Part shown: piece after piece, positions 1 to 12,332 of the stretch
How the letters are laid out: each line of letters starts with the position of its first letter
Numbering within the stretch: position 1 is the first letter of the stretch
NCBI GenBank assembly: GCA_965240325.2
Contig: OZ251222.1
Coordinates: forward strand, 2,914,001-2,978,000
Length of the DNA: 64,000 nt
Source of the DNA: Rebecca billardiae RCC1528
Lineage: Eukaryota; Protista; Haptophyta
Reading direction: 5' to 3'
Notes under the pieces: generated by a model
The model's database searches: none
The model's input: only the letters and a program-made list of their open reading frames with translations
Told to the model about the DNA's origin: nothing
Translations under genes and position numbers: made by a program

Positions 1-254
1 CTGCAGAGGCTACCAGAGTCGGCGACGGGCCGTCGGGGGCCTCCTGTCGGGCTCTCTGAGACGGTGCTACTGGTAACCACATGACTCATGAATGAGTCAC
101 CGCCACTCCGGTGCCGCACTCACTAATAATATGGCCTGGGACGGCCTGGGACGGCCGGCGCGCCACCACTCACTCATCACACCAGAACATCAGTGCTACG
201 CGGCTGCATAATTCCGATACGCGGCTCGGCTGCTTGATAATAATATATAGCTAT

Positions 255-381
255 AGAGAGAGAGAGACTAGTAAGTCAGTGAGCAGAGATGAGAGTCGAT
301 CTGAGTGAGTGAGAGAGAGATTGTGATGAGAGAGCTAGAGAGAGAGGGAGAGAGGGAGAGAGAGTCGAGAGAGAGAGAGAG

Positions 382-418
<37 letters not shown>

Positions 419-425
419 AGAGAGT
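255..425. repeat. (GA)n microsatellite, imperfect
   Basis: Visible run of gagaga with interruptions. Confidence 0.9.
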
Positions 426-1075
426 TAGAATACAGTACCAGCAATTATTATTCGGATTTTAACCATGCGACGGTCTCACGCAGACCGGTACGGCGGGTAC
501 CGGACCCGGTCGACGGTCCCGGTGTTAAATACTAAAACTGAACGTATACTCGCAGCTTATAACGCTGCGTCCATCCGCCTAACTCTTCAATCAGCAAGTC
601 TGATCCGCGGCGGCCGGGCACGGTTCTGACGGTTCAGGCCAACTTGACAATGCTGTTGTGAATGAAACTATATGAAGTGCTGAATCACTCAGCAGGCTCG
701 TCGTGCCCGTGTCCCTCGGGCCCGATCACGCCTGAGCCTCACGGCGGACACGGTCACGGACCCGGCCCCGAAGAATGCGGATCATCGATCACGGATCATT
801 AGTGATAGTCAGTGCCGATTGATTACCCGCGTGAGTCGTAACTCGTATTTCGCGAAATATTTCGGCGGCCGGACGCGAGTACCGCCGCGGGAACACGGCG
901 CGGCACGCGCGGGCCCCGCCACAGGGTCCGGGATGCCGATGATAGCCGACGACGATATACGACATGGATCCAGGTTGTGCCCGGCTAAATCGCGCGCGAC
1001 CGCGAACCGCCGCGACAGGCGAACCGGAATCGCGCGCGTCATTCACGCGTTGGCATTCGTCAGACGACTCAGACG

Positions 1076-2629
1076 TCAGGCCCAGGGCGTGGAGGAGTTG
1101 CGACCCGTCCGGGACCGGCGTCCCGCCCGCGCGAGGCGCCTGACGCCGGCTGGAGGCGTCGGACCATGACGCGCCCTGCGCAGGCACGCGCAGGCACGCG
1201 GGTGCAACTTCATCGTGCTCATTATGTTGCCGCCAAACTTAACGAAGATGGCCTCGTACGGGTCGACGCCGAGCCCGAGGCTCGCCAGCGGGCTAGCCTG
1301 CTCCCACTTCGACTTCGAGCGAGTCGGCAGGCTGTGCTGCTTGCCAACGCAGCCGCGCAGGTCCCAGCCCTGCTGCTCGCGCATCAGCGACGCAATCTGC
1401 GCGCCCTCGCCCAGCACGAGCTGCGACAGGTGGATCTCCGTCTCGTTGACTACACTGAACGAGACCAGCCGCCGCGTCCTCCTCTGGATGGAGCGCCTCT
1501 CGCCCGCGGCAAGGGAAACCTGATGTGGGCCCTCAGCAGACGGGCGCCACGTGACACAAGGCGGCGGCTGCATCGAACGGAGGCGTGGGTCCGCTCGCAT
1601 CGGAATGCCGTGTGCGTCGAAGGCGGCGTCCCGCCTTGAGCACACGCGCTCGAAGATTGCGGGCGGGAAGGGGCGACTGTGCAACGTGCTGATGTGTGCT
1701 GATGCGCCCGGGGCCTCCGCTCGCGCCGCCGAGGACACCTCGCAGATCGCGTCCTGCGGCCACGCGCGCATCAGCACCTCCACGTGGCGCCTCGAGGAGG
1801 CGAGCATGTGGGACTGCACGTGCGCGTTATGCTGCAACGAGAGCGAGGCACCGACCAGAGCCACGTTGCCTGGCCCGTCCAGCCGGCTCGCGAAGGGCGC
1901 GAGCCACAGCGGGCCGTCTCGCTGCTCCGACAGCCACCCGCCAAAAGCGTTCGGGCATCGCTCCAGCGCGTCCGCGCGCACGTAGGGCCCACGTGTGCCA
2001 CAGTTGAGCATGACGAAATGTGAGTAGCGATCAAGCCCGCCCGGCTTCGTAGCCACGTGGCGCAGCACTGCTGCGTGCGCGTGCAGATCGGTGCCCAGGT
2101 TGCAGCGGAGCCGGAGGATCTCAACATTTGCCGACTTTGGAGGTTTCGGTGGCGCCACAGAGTCCCCGATGGCGGTGACGATCACGTCTGTCGTTGCTGC
2201 GCTCAGCCCGTGCGCATAGAAAAAGCGAACGTTCCCGTCGCACATCATCCACGAGTCGTGGAGCGCCTGGGACTCATTTACCGGCGGCGGGGGCTGGGGC
2301 GCACGATAGAAAGCGAGCAGCACGAGCAGGCGTTTGAACTCGCCGCCCCCGCCCCGCTCGAGCACAGGCGGCGGGCAAGCCCGGCAAGGCTGCTGCACAC
2401 GGTCTGGCGCCAGCTCGCCCATCAGGCCCGCGAGGTTCTTGAAGAGGTGGCCCTTGAGCGAGTTGGCCACCTCCTTGACCTGCTGCTTGAGCAGGCCCCT
2501 CATCGCGGCCGAGTCCTGGAGCTGCGAGGGGTCAGAGAGCGCGTCTTTGACCTTCGACTTGTCGATGGACGAGATGTCCCACGCGTTCGCGAGGCCCACG
2601 GCCACGGCGGCCAGGAGGAAGGCGCGCAT
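1076..2629 (-). CDS. Secreted/Golgi protein with RgpF-like (rhamnan-synthesis/glycosyltransferase-like) domain
   Basis: ATG at 2629 starts a signal peptide MRAFLLAAVAVGLANA. Motifs FVMLNCGTRGPY, VALVGASL..HNAHVQSH, ETEIHLSQLVL and DPYEAIFVK resemble an algal RgpF-like family. Probable in-frame GT-AG intron at 1520-1738; true 3' end uncertain. Confidence 0.6.
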   Translation of the reverse strand: MRAFLLAAVAVGLANAWDISSIDKSKVKDALSDPSQLQDSAAMRGLLKQQVKEVANSLKGHLFKNLAGLMGELAPDRVQQPCRACPPPVLERGGGGEFKRLLVLLAFYRAPQPPPPVNESQALHDSWMMCDGNVRFFYAHGLSAATTDVIVTAIGDSVAPPKPPKSANVEILRLRCNLGTDLHAHAAVLRHVATKPGGLDRYSHFVMLNCGTRGPYVRADALERCPNAFGGWLSEQRDGPLWLAPFASRLDGPGNVALVGASLSLQHNAHVQSHMLASSRRHVEVLMRAWPQDAICEVSSAARAEAPGASAHISTLHSRPFPPAIFERVCSRRDAAFDAHGIPMRADPRLRSMQPPPCVTWRPSAEGPHQVSLAAGERRSIQRRTRRLVSFSVVNETEIHLSQLVLGEGAQIASLMREQQGWDLRGCVGKQHSLPTRSKSKWEQASPLASLGLGVDPYEAIFVKFGGNIMSTMKLHPRACACLRRARHGPTPPAGVRRLARAGRRSRTGRNSSTPWA

Positions 2630-2648
2630 CTTGCGCGTACTACTACTA

Positions 2649-3808
2649 CAGGCTGGTCTCACCAAGAACTTCCCGAGGCTTTGGATTTTTTTTTTCAGTC
2701 CCACTGCGTCTGCGGAAAATTCTCGATGGCGCCATTAAATCGGCCGCATCGAGAGCTCTCCGACGAGGGGTCGCACGCCTCTGTCCGCCTCGCCGTTGTC
2801 GAGATTCAAACCCCCACCCCCCTGCAAAAAATGAACGGCGCGCGATCTCGGTCCGTGCGACCCCTAGTGGTGTTGTTCACACGGTTGCCCGTATCCCAAG
2901 CCCCTCTCCTCATCCCCACCCTCGCTGTAGCACTGAAACATTGCGTCGTTGTTCTCGCCCGCAGAAGCCGCCGAGCGTTGCGGGTCAACGTGGGACCTGG
3001 CATGAGTGACAGGTGTCTTCATGTCCCACAGCGCGTCTCTCCCATGCTGTCGAGGTATGTGGGCCTCATCGCGCTCGTTGCAACGTCCTTCCTGCGCCTC
3101 CCCACCTGTATCAGTGCCTGACGATGTTGCTTGGAGCACACTCAACCCGCCTTGCCGCCGCACTGTTCAGGGCGGAACTCCTTCGCAATGTTGAAGCGTG
3201 CGGCTGCCCTTGACAGACGTACGTAGGCTCTCGCACCCCCCGCTTCCACTGCGACAGATTCGAATACCTGCTGCGAGTGAGCCAACTGCGACGAAGTGCA
3301 ATGTGCTCGTCGTGTTCGTTCGGAGCCGTTCGAGCGGCGCGCAAGTGACAAGTGCATCTGGCGAGGTCCCACCAACAGAGGCAGGGGCTTTGGCAGTAAC
3401 CACAGCGATCATGGAACGGCTCGCGCGGGCGCAGTCATCAAGCAGTGCGCCATGCTCCGCCTCCGCGCGGGCCAGGTCCGCGCGTGGCCGACCTCGTGGT
3501 GATGGATGCCGCCTGGGCGTCCGAAGCGGCAGAAGCCCGCCGGTCGGGCGCCGGACTGCGGAAACCCCGACGAAACCTCAGTTCAGCGCCACTTCAGACT
3601 GCTCGGCCCACTGTGAAAACCACTGTGACGGCGCCTCCGCGGCGGAGCGCCGGGCACGAGGTGAGCGACGCGCGCGGCTCCGCGGACAATTTTGTCGGGG
3701 ACTAGACCCACGATGCGAGCGATCGTACTCAGCCGATTCCCCGTGCTCGCCCGCCGCGAACGCGGACACGTCGGCAGCGCTCGGGAAGTTCTTGGTGAGA
3801 CCAGCCTG
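2649..3808. mobile_element. Non-autonomous Tc1/mariner-pogo-type TIR element (1,160 bp)
   Basis: Perfect 29-bp TIR CAGGCTGGTCTCACCAAGAACTTCCCGAG at 2649-2677 and its reverse complement at 3780-3808. TA on both flanks (2647-2648, 3809-3810). No transposase ORF recognised inside. Confidence 0.9.
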
Positions 3809-5117
3809 TACTACTATCGTACTCTGGAACTCGTCGATGGGGAAACTGTATGGGCAAGGTATTACCTATGGATACGTAAAGTAAGTAAGGGGTGGCGCCC
3901 GGCCCGGCCCCCCGCTCCTGACCAGCCCAGACCCCCCACCCCTGTAGAGCAGGCACGACTGCAGCTCCACACCAGCAAGACGACGCTTCGCGCGCACCCG
4001 GCGTGCAGACACAGCCTGCCCGGGAGCAGCCCGCCGGGGCCGACAATGGGCAGCAGCCATACATGCAGGCCAGCATGCGCGGCGGGGTGGCATCAGTGCC
4101 GGCCCCGGCCCGCAAGCGCAAACAGCCGGACGCCCCGGCCCACGCAGCTGGTGAGCCAGCAAACCCTGCTCCGGGCAACAGAACCCTGCCGCCGGCTTTG
4201 AGGCCGACACGCCACACTGGGGCACATATCACCTGTGAGGGCCAGGCCTTCTGTGTGATCAGCTACCCCAGTCATGCCGCTTGATACACACCTTCCCCAA
4301 CCGACAGTGGGGCTCTACATTCCTTGCTACATCCTCATCCTGTCGGCGCGCTGTCGCATCGGCGCCCAGTCGGCGAGTTCGGACGACGACGTTTTGTGGA
4401 CGACGGTGGGGCGAGGACGACGGCCGCTGGCGCGCCGCGAGGCGGCCGCAGCCCTCATCCAGGCCTCGCAGGCGGACGGCTGAACGAATTTTTCCGGTGG
4501 CGCTACCATCGGCGATTCGGCGACGGCTTCATGGGCGGTGACAGTTGGCGGGCGTCAATCTCGCCTGCCTGAGCTGTGTGCGTCTCATATTCTTAGTAAA
4601 CCGTGTACTGTTCCGCGGACTCACTGCCTGCGGTGCACGTTACTAACTATCATAGTCAATGGTAAACTGTATGCTAGCTAGTAGTTCCGGAGGAGACCTG
4701 CGCCAAGGGCCCTGCGCCGTCCTACCTGTGTCGTTATCAATAATCATAGAATGAGTACAAACTCGCGCAGAATAATGGCGCGCTCATAGTAGTAGTCGCG
4801 GCCGCCGAGGTTGATAACCAGCCGAGTATGGCCAATGTATGCGTCGGGCACGGGACGAAATGAGCGCAAGCACGCTCCCCGAGGCCGGCTGGTTGGCCGA
4901 CTGTGGCATCCTTGCGGCACAGGCCGCACAGCATTCGCACTCGGCGTTAGCGAGTGGCACGGTGGCACCCGGCGGCGGGCCCGGGCGGACGCCCGGGAGC
5001 GGGTCCGCCGCCGGGTCGAATTGAAAACTGTGCCCTGGCGGGCGGGGGGGTCGGCGGGCCGTGCCAGTGCTGTCGCAATGTTTCCTCTGCGGGTTCGCGT
5101 CTTTCCACAGCATTCGC

Positions 5118-5800
5118 TCATGGCCGTGGGTGACGGACAGTCGGACCAGTGACACCTGTGAAGTTCTCCCACGTGCGGTACGCGTCCGTGCGCATCAGCG
5201 AGGCCCACACCCACGAGGGAATGTGCAGCACGCGGGGCGGGGCGGGTAGCCCGTTGCTCCGCGCGAGCGCGGGTACGCGTATGTGCCGCATCTCGACCGC
5301 GATGGCGTAATCGAGCGCCTCGCCGCCGACGAAGCCGCCAGAGTAGATCGTGTGCATGTCCTCCTGCCGCCAGCCGAGAGCGGTCGTCGCGAGGATGCTT
5401 GCCGATGTCCGCTCCGGGCATGATGGGCTCGGCGCAGGTCGCGTTGACATCGTACACAGCCGCCACGCTGAGCACGAGCGCGTTGACGTTCACGCAGTCG
5501 TCGCTCTTCGCATCTTCGACAGGTCTGGCGCGCGCGTGTTTGGCGGCACGAGGAGCTGTTAGTTGTGCGTGCGCGCGCGCGCAGCGACAGCGTATGCCAC
5601 TCGCGATTGAGAGTAAGCACGAGCTGCTCACGCAGGCACACGAATCGTAGCGCATCCGTCACCGGCGTGACGACGTCCGCCTCGTCCCGCAGCGCCTGCG
5701 CCATGGACAAGGATGGCGCGTCGATGTTGCATGCTCGACGATTCATCTCTCTGCGGATGGCATCACGGGCTTGTCTGTGTCGCGCTGCGGCGAGGGTCAC
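5118..5800 (-). pseudogene. Frameshifted fragment, possibly a Ulp1/C48 peptidase-like transposon cargo remnant
   Basis: Coding-like text split over three frames. QEDMHTIYSGGFVGGEALDYAI...VLHIPSWVWASL resembles the N-terminal part of Ulp1 peptidases. No catalytic H/D/C region seen. Confidence 0.25.
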
Positions 5801-7569
5801 CAACTCACGAAGACACGGTTGCTGCCACGGCGACAGACCCGGGAGGTGCGTCCGCTGCGCGTCGTACGCCGTTGGCGCTGCGCTTCCGTCGCATTGGTCA
5901 CCGTCGACGCCATGCAGGCCGGACGTGGGCTTTCGGCTGACGGACCGCGACAGACCGTCCGGTGCGAGGATTCCGGCGATCGAGTTCAGAAGGCCGCGCC
6001 AAATCTTGCGTCGTGCGATGGCGCTTCCCGCCCGCGAGACACCTCGTGATGAGGGCCTTTCCGCACCGAGCCCGACGCGCGGCGGTGGATCGCACGAGGT
6101 GGTTGTCGTGCGCAGCGCTTGCTACTATAGCCCGTGCGAGTGCTCGACGTGCAAGTCAGGCGAGGACCGCCCCAGGTCGCACGATCGTGTCGACGCGCCG
6201 AGCGTACCTCGAAACGCGTCGACTTTGGCCCCCGTTCGACCTGCACGCGAGACGACGAGGGCAGCAATCGCGAATCGGGCGAAAACACGTCTCGGGAGTC
6301 CCCGCGCGATGTCCGCGCCGGCGTTGGATTTGGCGCGCGCCGCCCATGCGCTCCGCGCCATCGGCTAACTCTTTTTCGGCCGAGCGTCCCCAGTGGGAGC
6401 TGCGACTCGGGCGCCCGGTACTGTACAGTAGTGAGCGAGGCGATTTTCTTTTCTTGGCAGCAAGGCGATTTTCTTCTTATTATTATTTTTCTTATCTTTT
6501 TCTCGGGCACTACAAGCGGCGGACCTAAGCTACGCCTACGGCCCGCCATATCAATTTACCGAGTCGGAATAACGACAATTCAACGGGTGATCATTACGAC
6601 TACTAATATTATTATTGGCTTATTTAGCAAGTGTTAAGCCTAATTCTAACCGTATCGGCGACGACGTCGACTACCTGTCATGCACTGTTGACTGTACTCA
6701 CACCCGCGGCCAACGCGCTCACACCCTCTGTCTCCAAATCAGTACTACTACAGTTTCGACAGACGAATTGACAGGAGTGACTTAGTGAGCTGCGCCCTCG
6801 TGCAGCCTGTGTAGTGTGTCCGCCATAAATCATAGAATATAGATTAGTATAGTCGTCACTTAAATATTCATATATTGCTTGCCAGCTGACCTGCCCCGCC
6901 CCCGGCTCCGCGGCTCGGGCCTCGGCCCGCACTCGGGCCTGTAACGGTGTGACTCGGTGCCAGTATGAGACTGTAAGCGTGCCCCAGCAGGCTGCACGGG
7001 GCGCCAGACCCAGTGGCCAGTGTGACTGTGACGAGTGAACTCGCGTGGAGTCGTGCGGCCCAGCGGTCCGACGGTCCGCGGCTCGTAAACGCCAACGGCG
7101 GCCGTGACGCGCCGGTCACGTGATTCCGCTGCCGCGGCTGCCGGATGGAACGACGAATCCGCCAGCAGTTACCTATATTAGTATATATGTGTGTGTGTGT
7201 GTGTGTGTGTATGACTTAGAGTTAGACCGTCCTGCACGCCGTCGTGGCACTGCACGTCTGTCATGACGTCTGTCTCGGCACGAGACCGCTGCCAGTCGCT
7301 CCGACTGCGGCCTGTCCTGAGTCCGGGTTCTGTGTCCGCTGTCGACCTGCGGCCCTGGCATCGCCGAGGCAGTAGGTACTCCGTACTGCCGCCGGCAGGA
7401 GCCAGGAGAGCACGGCGGACGGACCCGGTTTGCAAGTGCTGAACAAGCAAGCGAATCACTGATCGTGATCTCGGCTTCGACGTGCTGCGTGCGTGTAGAT
7501 CCGTGGGCCGCTTCACTCCGTCCCGCCGCCGCAGCGGGGCCACGGGCCGCGTCGACACCGGCTGTCGGC

Positions 7570-8966
7570 TCACGGCTGGAGCAAGTCGTCTGATTGGAGG
7601 CCCTTCAAACGCTGCTGGGCCTCGTCCTCCCACGGCGCGCTGCCGCCGGTCTCCTCCGCCTCCTGCTCGACCTTCTCGAGATCCCACACGCTCACCGAGC
7701 CCTTCTCCCACATCAGATCCTGCAGCTCCTGCGGCGTCATGTCCGAGCCGGTGCCAAACTCGCGCGCGACGTCCTCGGCCTCGTTGGCGATCTCCCCCAG
7801 CTTCTCGGTCACCTCGTCGATGTTGCCAAACTGCGACTTGAGCTTGACGAGCGCCGCCGCGAACTTGCGGATCTTGACCTCCGGCTCGGTGCTCTGCGGG
7901 CCCTGGTCGCGCGCCCCCGCGATCAGGATCTGCACCTCCTTGGGCGCGATCTTCTGCTTGAGCAGCTCCTTGCGCGCGTCGCTCGAGTCGATGCGCATCA
8001 GCTCGCGCAGCAGCCGCACCTCCGGCTCGACCTGCTTGTCGATCTCGAGCCGCACCTGCTGCATCAGCCGCGTCATCAGGTTGGCCGCGGGCTCGGCGCC
8101 CGCCTCCTGCGCCTGCTTGATGTTCGCCTCGAGCAGCAGCAGCAGCGGCTCGTCGAGCAGCCCGCGCTGCATGTAGTCCGGGAGCATCCTGAACATCCCG
8201 CCCGGGCCGGCTGCGAGCATCTTCTTCAGCGCCTCGGCCGCGCGGGACATGCGCTGCTGCATCTCGCCGTTGATGAGCTGCTGGATGGCGGTGAGGGAAG
8301 CCTGCGCGGCAGCGAAGGGCGCACGGGCGCCGACGCGCGGGCGCGGCACGTCAGGGGCGCGTCGCTCGTGCGGCCGCCGCTCCCTGCGCCAAGCGCTCGC
8401 GCGCCGCGCAGTGCTTTCAGGCGCGGCCGGCACCTTCTTCTCCTCGGCGGCGGTCTCAATCTCTGTGGCCAGCTTTTGCATGAATGCGTAGTCAATCTTC
8501 TCGTACGACGCCTTCACCATGTCCGACTGCGTCACGTTGATCGTCTCTGCAGCCAGCAGCATCTCCATCAGCGCATTATATCCCCGCTCCCTCTGCTCGG
8601 CATCCATCTGCGGGATCTGCACACGCGCGAGCCGCGCGCACGTGGCAACGGGTCGGCGCGCCAGAACGGGCGTCGGCAAATCGAGCGGTAGGGCTGTCTG
8701 CCGAGACGCGGACGCGAACGGCGCGGCGCCCCGCCCCACACACGCCGCACCTGAGGGGCCTCCGCAGGCTGCCGAGAATCGGACATGCACAGCGCCGCCG
8801 TCCGCTGCACGCTGCTCGAGGTCACCCGGGAGAGCGGCGTGGCACGCTCTGCGTGTGCGCATGATGAGACCCCCCGCGACCCCCGTGCCGACCTCACGGC
8901 ACGCGCCGCGTCGAACGCCGCCGCCTGGGCTGCCACGATGAGCAGGACGGCCACGCGGAATGACAT
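7570..8966 (-). CDS. Predicted plastid-targeted helical hypothetical protein (3 exons)
   Basis: Exons 8966-8751, 8616-8434 and 8301-7570; GT-AG introns 8750-8617 and 8433-8302 keep the frame. N-terminus MSFRVAVLLIVAAQAAAF followed by an R/S/A-rich transit-like peptide. Confidence 0.75.
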
Positions 8967-9898
8967 TTGGAACGTGCTGCCTCGCGCGTGGGTGGGTAAG
9001 TAGTTCGAACTATGAGGTTGACGCTCACAGAACGATCGGAATGCGCCTTTCCATCTAGTAATATCTGTTCGTACCGGACGACGGCGTCTCGAACCCGTCG
9101 TCGTCGTCGTCATCGTCGTCAGCGCCATTAATTTCTGCACGGCCGGCACTGCTTAGTCCTAGACTCCTAACAGTAGTAGACTGAACTCCTTGAGTCTCAG
9201 TGCGCGTACGACGCTGTCGGGAACTTGCCCAGGAGTAGCGTGCGAGCTCGTCCGCATCGACGCTACGTCGTTGGCATCGCTGTCTCAATCTGAAATGACG
9301 AGCGCTTGTTGCCACCCGAGTCACCCGACACATCCGGTCTGCGAGTGCGGCGGCGGCCGCCGCGCAGGAATGTCAGTCAGGCGCCACGCGCGGGCGGGTG
9401 GATGCGCTGGGTGTGGCGCTACTCGTTGGTGGCGCGCGTAGTGGGCGGGTGTGGCTCGCGATAAGTCCCAGGGGGCGCACCGAAAAGGGCATGCGCTCCC
9501 TCCCTTTCGCTGAGCGCACATGCTTTGGCACCGCGTGCAAAATAACTCGCGCACGCGCCCATCGAGCGGGCGGGGGCGAGGCCTAAGCGGTGCGTGCGTG
9601 CAGGCTGGCGATCGTGCGCGTGAACCCTTTGCCGTCGTACCTCGAGGTCGTGCCATGTTGTTGTCGGACAGCTTGTGCTTGCTTACCGATCGCCCATCGG
9701 CCATTCCGATCGTGCGTGTCCGTGTGGCCCCTCTACCGTCGAAGACGACGATGACGAGGTCCGGGGCGCGCACATCGCCGCGGCCGGACGTGCGCGCGCG
9801 CGTGCGGAGCCACTCGCCGCCTTCCTGAGAGCGCGCCAGCGCGGCCCCAAGCCGCAGCCCCCATCCTGTGACGGCCGCGCGCGCCGAGCCTCCGTGGC

Positions 9899-12332
9899 AT
9901 GCAGCCGAATCGCGGGCCTCAGGAGGTGCAGCGGCTGCAGGCGCGACTCGCCGCTGCGGAGAAGCAGCTGCAGACGAGGCAGATGGAGGCCGTTCCGGGC
10001 TACGCGCCGACGGGCGGCGTCCAAGAGCAACGGCTCGTCGTCACCGCGCGCACCGGCGGCGACGCGCAATCGAGCCGGACCGTGGAGGTGCGCTCGGGGG
10101 CGGGCGTCGTCGACGGTGAGCTGCGCGTGAGCATCTCGCGCGACGTGGGTGGGCAGGCCTCCGGCGCGGCGGACCCCCGCCAGGTCTCGCTCGCGCAGCA
10201 GCAGCAGGCGGCCGCGCAACAGCAGTACGCAGGCGGCGCGCCCACGGAGCGGCTGACGGTGCGGATGACGTCGGACGGGCAGGGCGGCACGCAGCGGCAA
10301 GCGCTGTATCAGGCGGGCGGCGGCGCAGTCGACGGCAGAGCGGCCGGCGGTGGCTTTGGCGGGCCCGCGGGGCCCGGCGTGCCGTATGGTATGGGAGCGG
10401 GCGGCAGCGCGCACAGCTCGCACGTGGCGAACGCACACGCCCCCGGGCGGCATCACCGGCAGCAAGGGCCGTACCAGGGCGGGCAGCGCATCCACCAGCA
10501 GCAGCACCAGCAGCGCCAGAACTACGCGCAGCAGCAGCAGCTCATGCAGCAGCAGCAGGCGTACGGTGGCCACGTGCCCGCCGGCCCGCACGGCGCCCAG
10601 CCGCGACGCAAGGGGCCCGTCGCAGCGGGCGGCGCCGGCGGGCGCGGCGCGGCCGGCGCGGGGCGCGGGCGCGGGCAGGGCGGCCCGGTCGGCGCGCCCG
10701 CCGGTGGCGCGGGCCGTGGGCGCGGCGCCGCTGGCGCCGCGCCGGGCGGCACGCCCGAGGCGCGCGGCGCCGGCCGTGGGCGCGGCGGCGGCGCGCCGGC
10801 CGGCAGCGCGAGCGGCGCTGGCCGCGGCGCCGCTCGCGAGCCGCGCGAGCAGCGGCAGGCGTGGAACGCGCAGGACCGCGAGGCGGCGCAGATCGTGAAG
10901 TACGACGTGCACATCCTCGCGCTCAACGCGAACGTGGCGATGCTGCGCGAGGCGCTCTCCCTCTCCGCGCGCAAGGAGGTCAACGCCACGAAGGAGGGCG
11001 GCATGTACCGCTCGTGGACGCCGCTGCACTGCGCGGCCAAGGGCGGCTCGGCCGAGGCGACGCAGCTGCTGCTCGAGCACGGCGCGAGCACGCGGCGCGA
11101 GTCGTCGAAGGGCGAGACGGCGCTGCACATCGCCGCGGGGAAGGGCTCGGACGAGATCGTCGAGATCCTGCTCGACGCGGGCGCCGACCCGCACGCCACC
11201 ACCGCGGCCGGCACCTCGTGCGCCGAGGTCGCGCGCCAGGCTGGCTTTGAGGCGCTGGCCGCCAAGCTCGAGAGCGCGCCCACCGTCGTGCGCCCCGGGG
11301 ACGCGGATGCGGAGGAGGAGGAGGAGGACGAGGACGAGGAGGAGCTCGCCCGGCCCGCGCAGCTCGTCATCGGGCAGTCCGACTCGGAGCACACGCTCGC
11401 CTCCAACCGGCCGGGCACGCCCGAGCCGCTGGGCGGCGCGGGCGCCGAGTCTGACGGCTCGCTGCTCAGCCCGACAGGCACGATGGAGCAGCTGCCCACC
11501 GAGGGCGGCGACGCCGAAGGGGAGGGCGAGGAGGAGGGGCAGGCCACGGAGCCGTCCACGCCCACCTTCAAGTTCGAGGTGACGGCGCCGCTGCCGCCCG
11601 CGCAGCAGCTCGCGCCCGCCGGCGAGCCCTTCGCGTTCATGCTCCCGCCGCCTGCCCCCAACAAGTCAGCAGAGGTGCGTGCGCGCCGCGCGCGTGTGCG
11701 CGCCGCGCGCGCGCGCCGCGGCCCGCGTGCGCGCACCGCGCGCGCGTTGGCAGCGTGGGCGCGCGCACGGCCCAGGAGGGCCCACCCGCGATCTGGCGTG
11801 GCGGCCCCTCCCGCGCGCTGCGTACGCTCGTAGGATCTGCCCGCGGCGCTGGTGGCCGCACCCGCCGTCGAGGGCGCTGTGCTCATGACTGATGCGACAC
11901 CAAGGTGGGTGGCGGCCGCGTGCGCCGCGGCTCGTCTGCGCGCGTGGAGTTGCGCGCGGTGCCCGCGGGCGCGCTGGCTCGACCGGCGCGCAGCGCACGC
12001 GCACCCTGCGAGCCTCGGCACCGCGCTCGACGCGTGCGCCTCTCCCCCCTGCCGGCGCCCCCGCCTCTGCGCGCGCGTGCTGCGCACACAGGCCGACCAG
12101 CCGCAAGATCACGGCGCCCAAGGGGCGGCGCGGCGGCGGCGGTGGCCGGGCGCAGGAGGAGGAGGAGGAGGAGGAGGGCGAGGAGGAGGAGGATGGTGGG
12201 CCGACGGTCGAGGTGGCGCCCCCGCCCACGGGCATGCTCGCCGGCTTCGACGCGTCCAAGTTTGCGCAGCAGTTCAGCACGCTCGGCGGCCTCGGCGGCT
12301 CTGCGCAAGCGGCGCCTGCCGCGAGCTCGTGA
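9899..12332 (+). CDS. Ankyrin-repeat protein with Q-rich/RGG low-complexity N-terminus and acidic C-terminus (3 exons)
   Basis: Ankyrin motifs WTPLHCAAKGG..LLEHGA and GETALHIAAGKG..LLDAGAD. Introns 11675-11833 and 11905-12091 (GT-AG) splice in frame to the stop at 12332. Confidence 0.8.

Noticed and set aside
2630-2704. N-terminal extension MGLKKKIQSLGKFLVRP of ORF 1076..2704
   Set aside because: It is read through the TIR of the inserted element; the signal-peptide ATG at 2629 is the better start.
3815-4550. Short ORFs next to the 1,160-bp element
   Set aside because: Fragmentary and without recognisable motifs; probably a TE relic, but unsupported.
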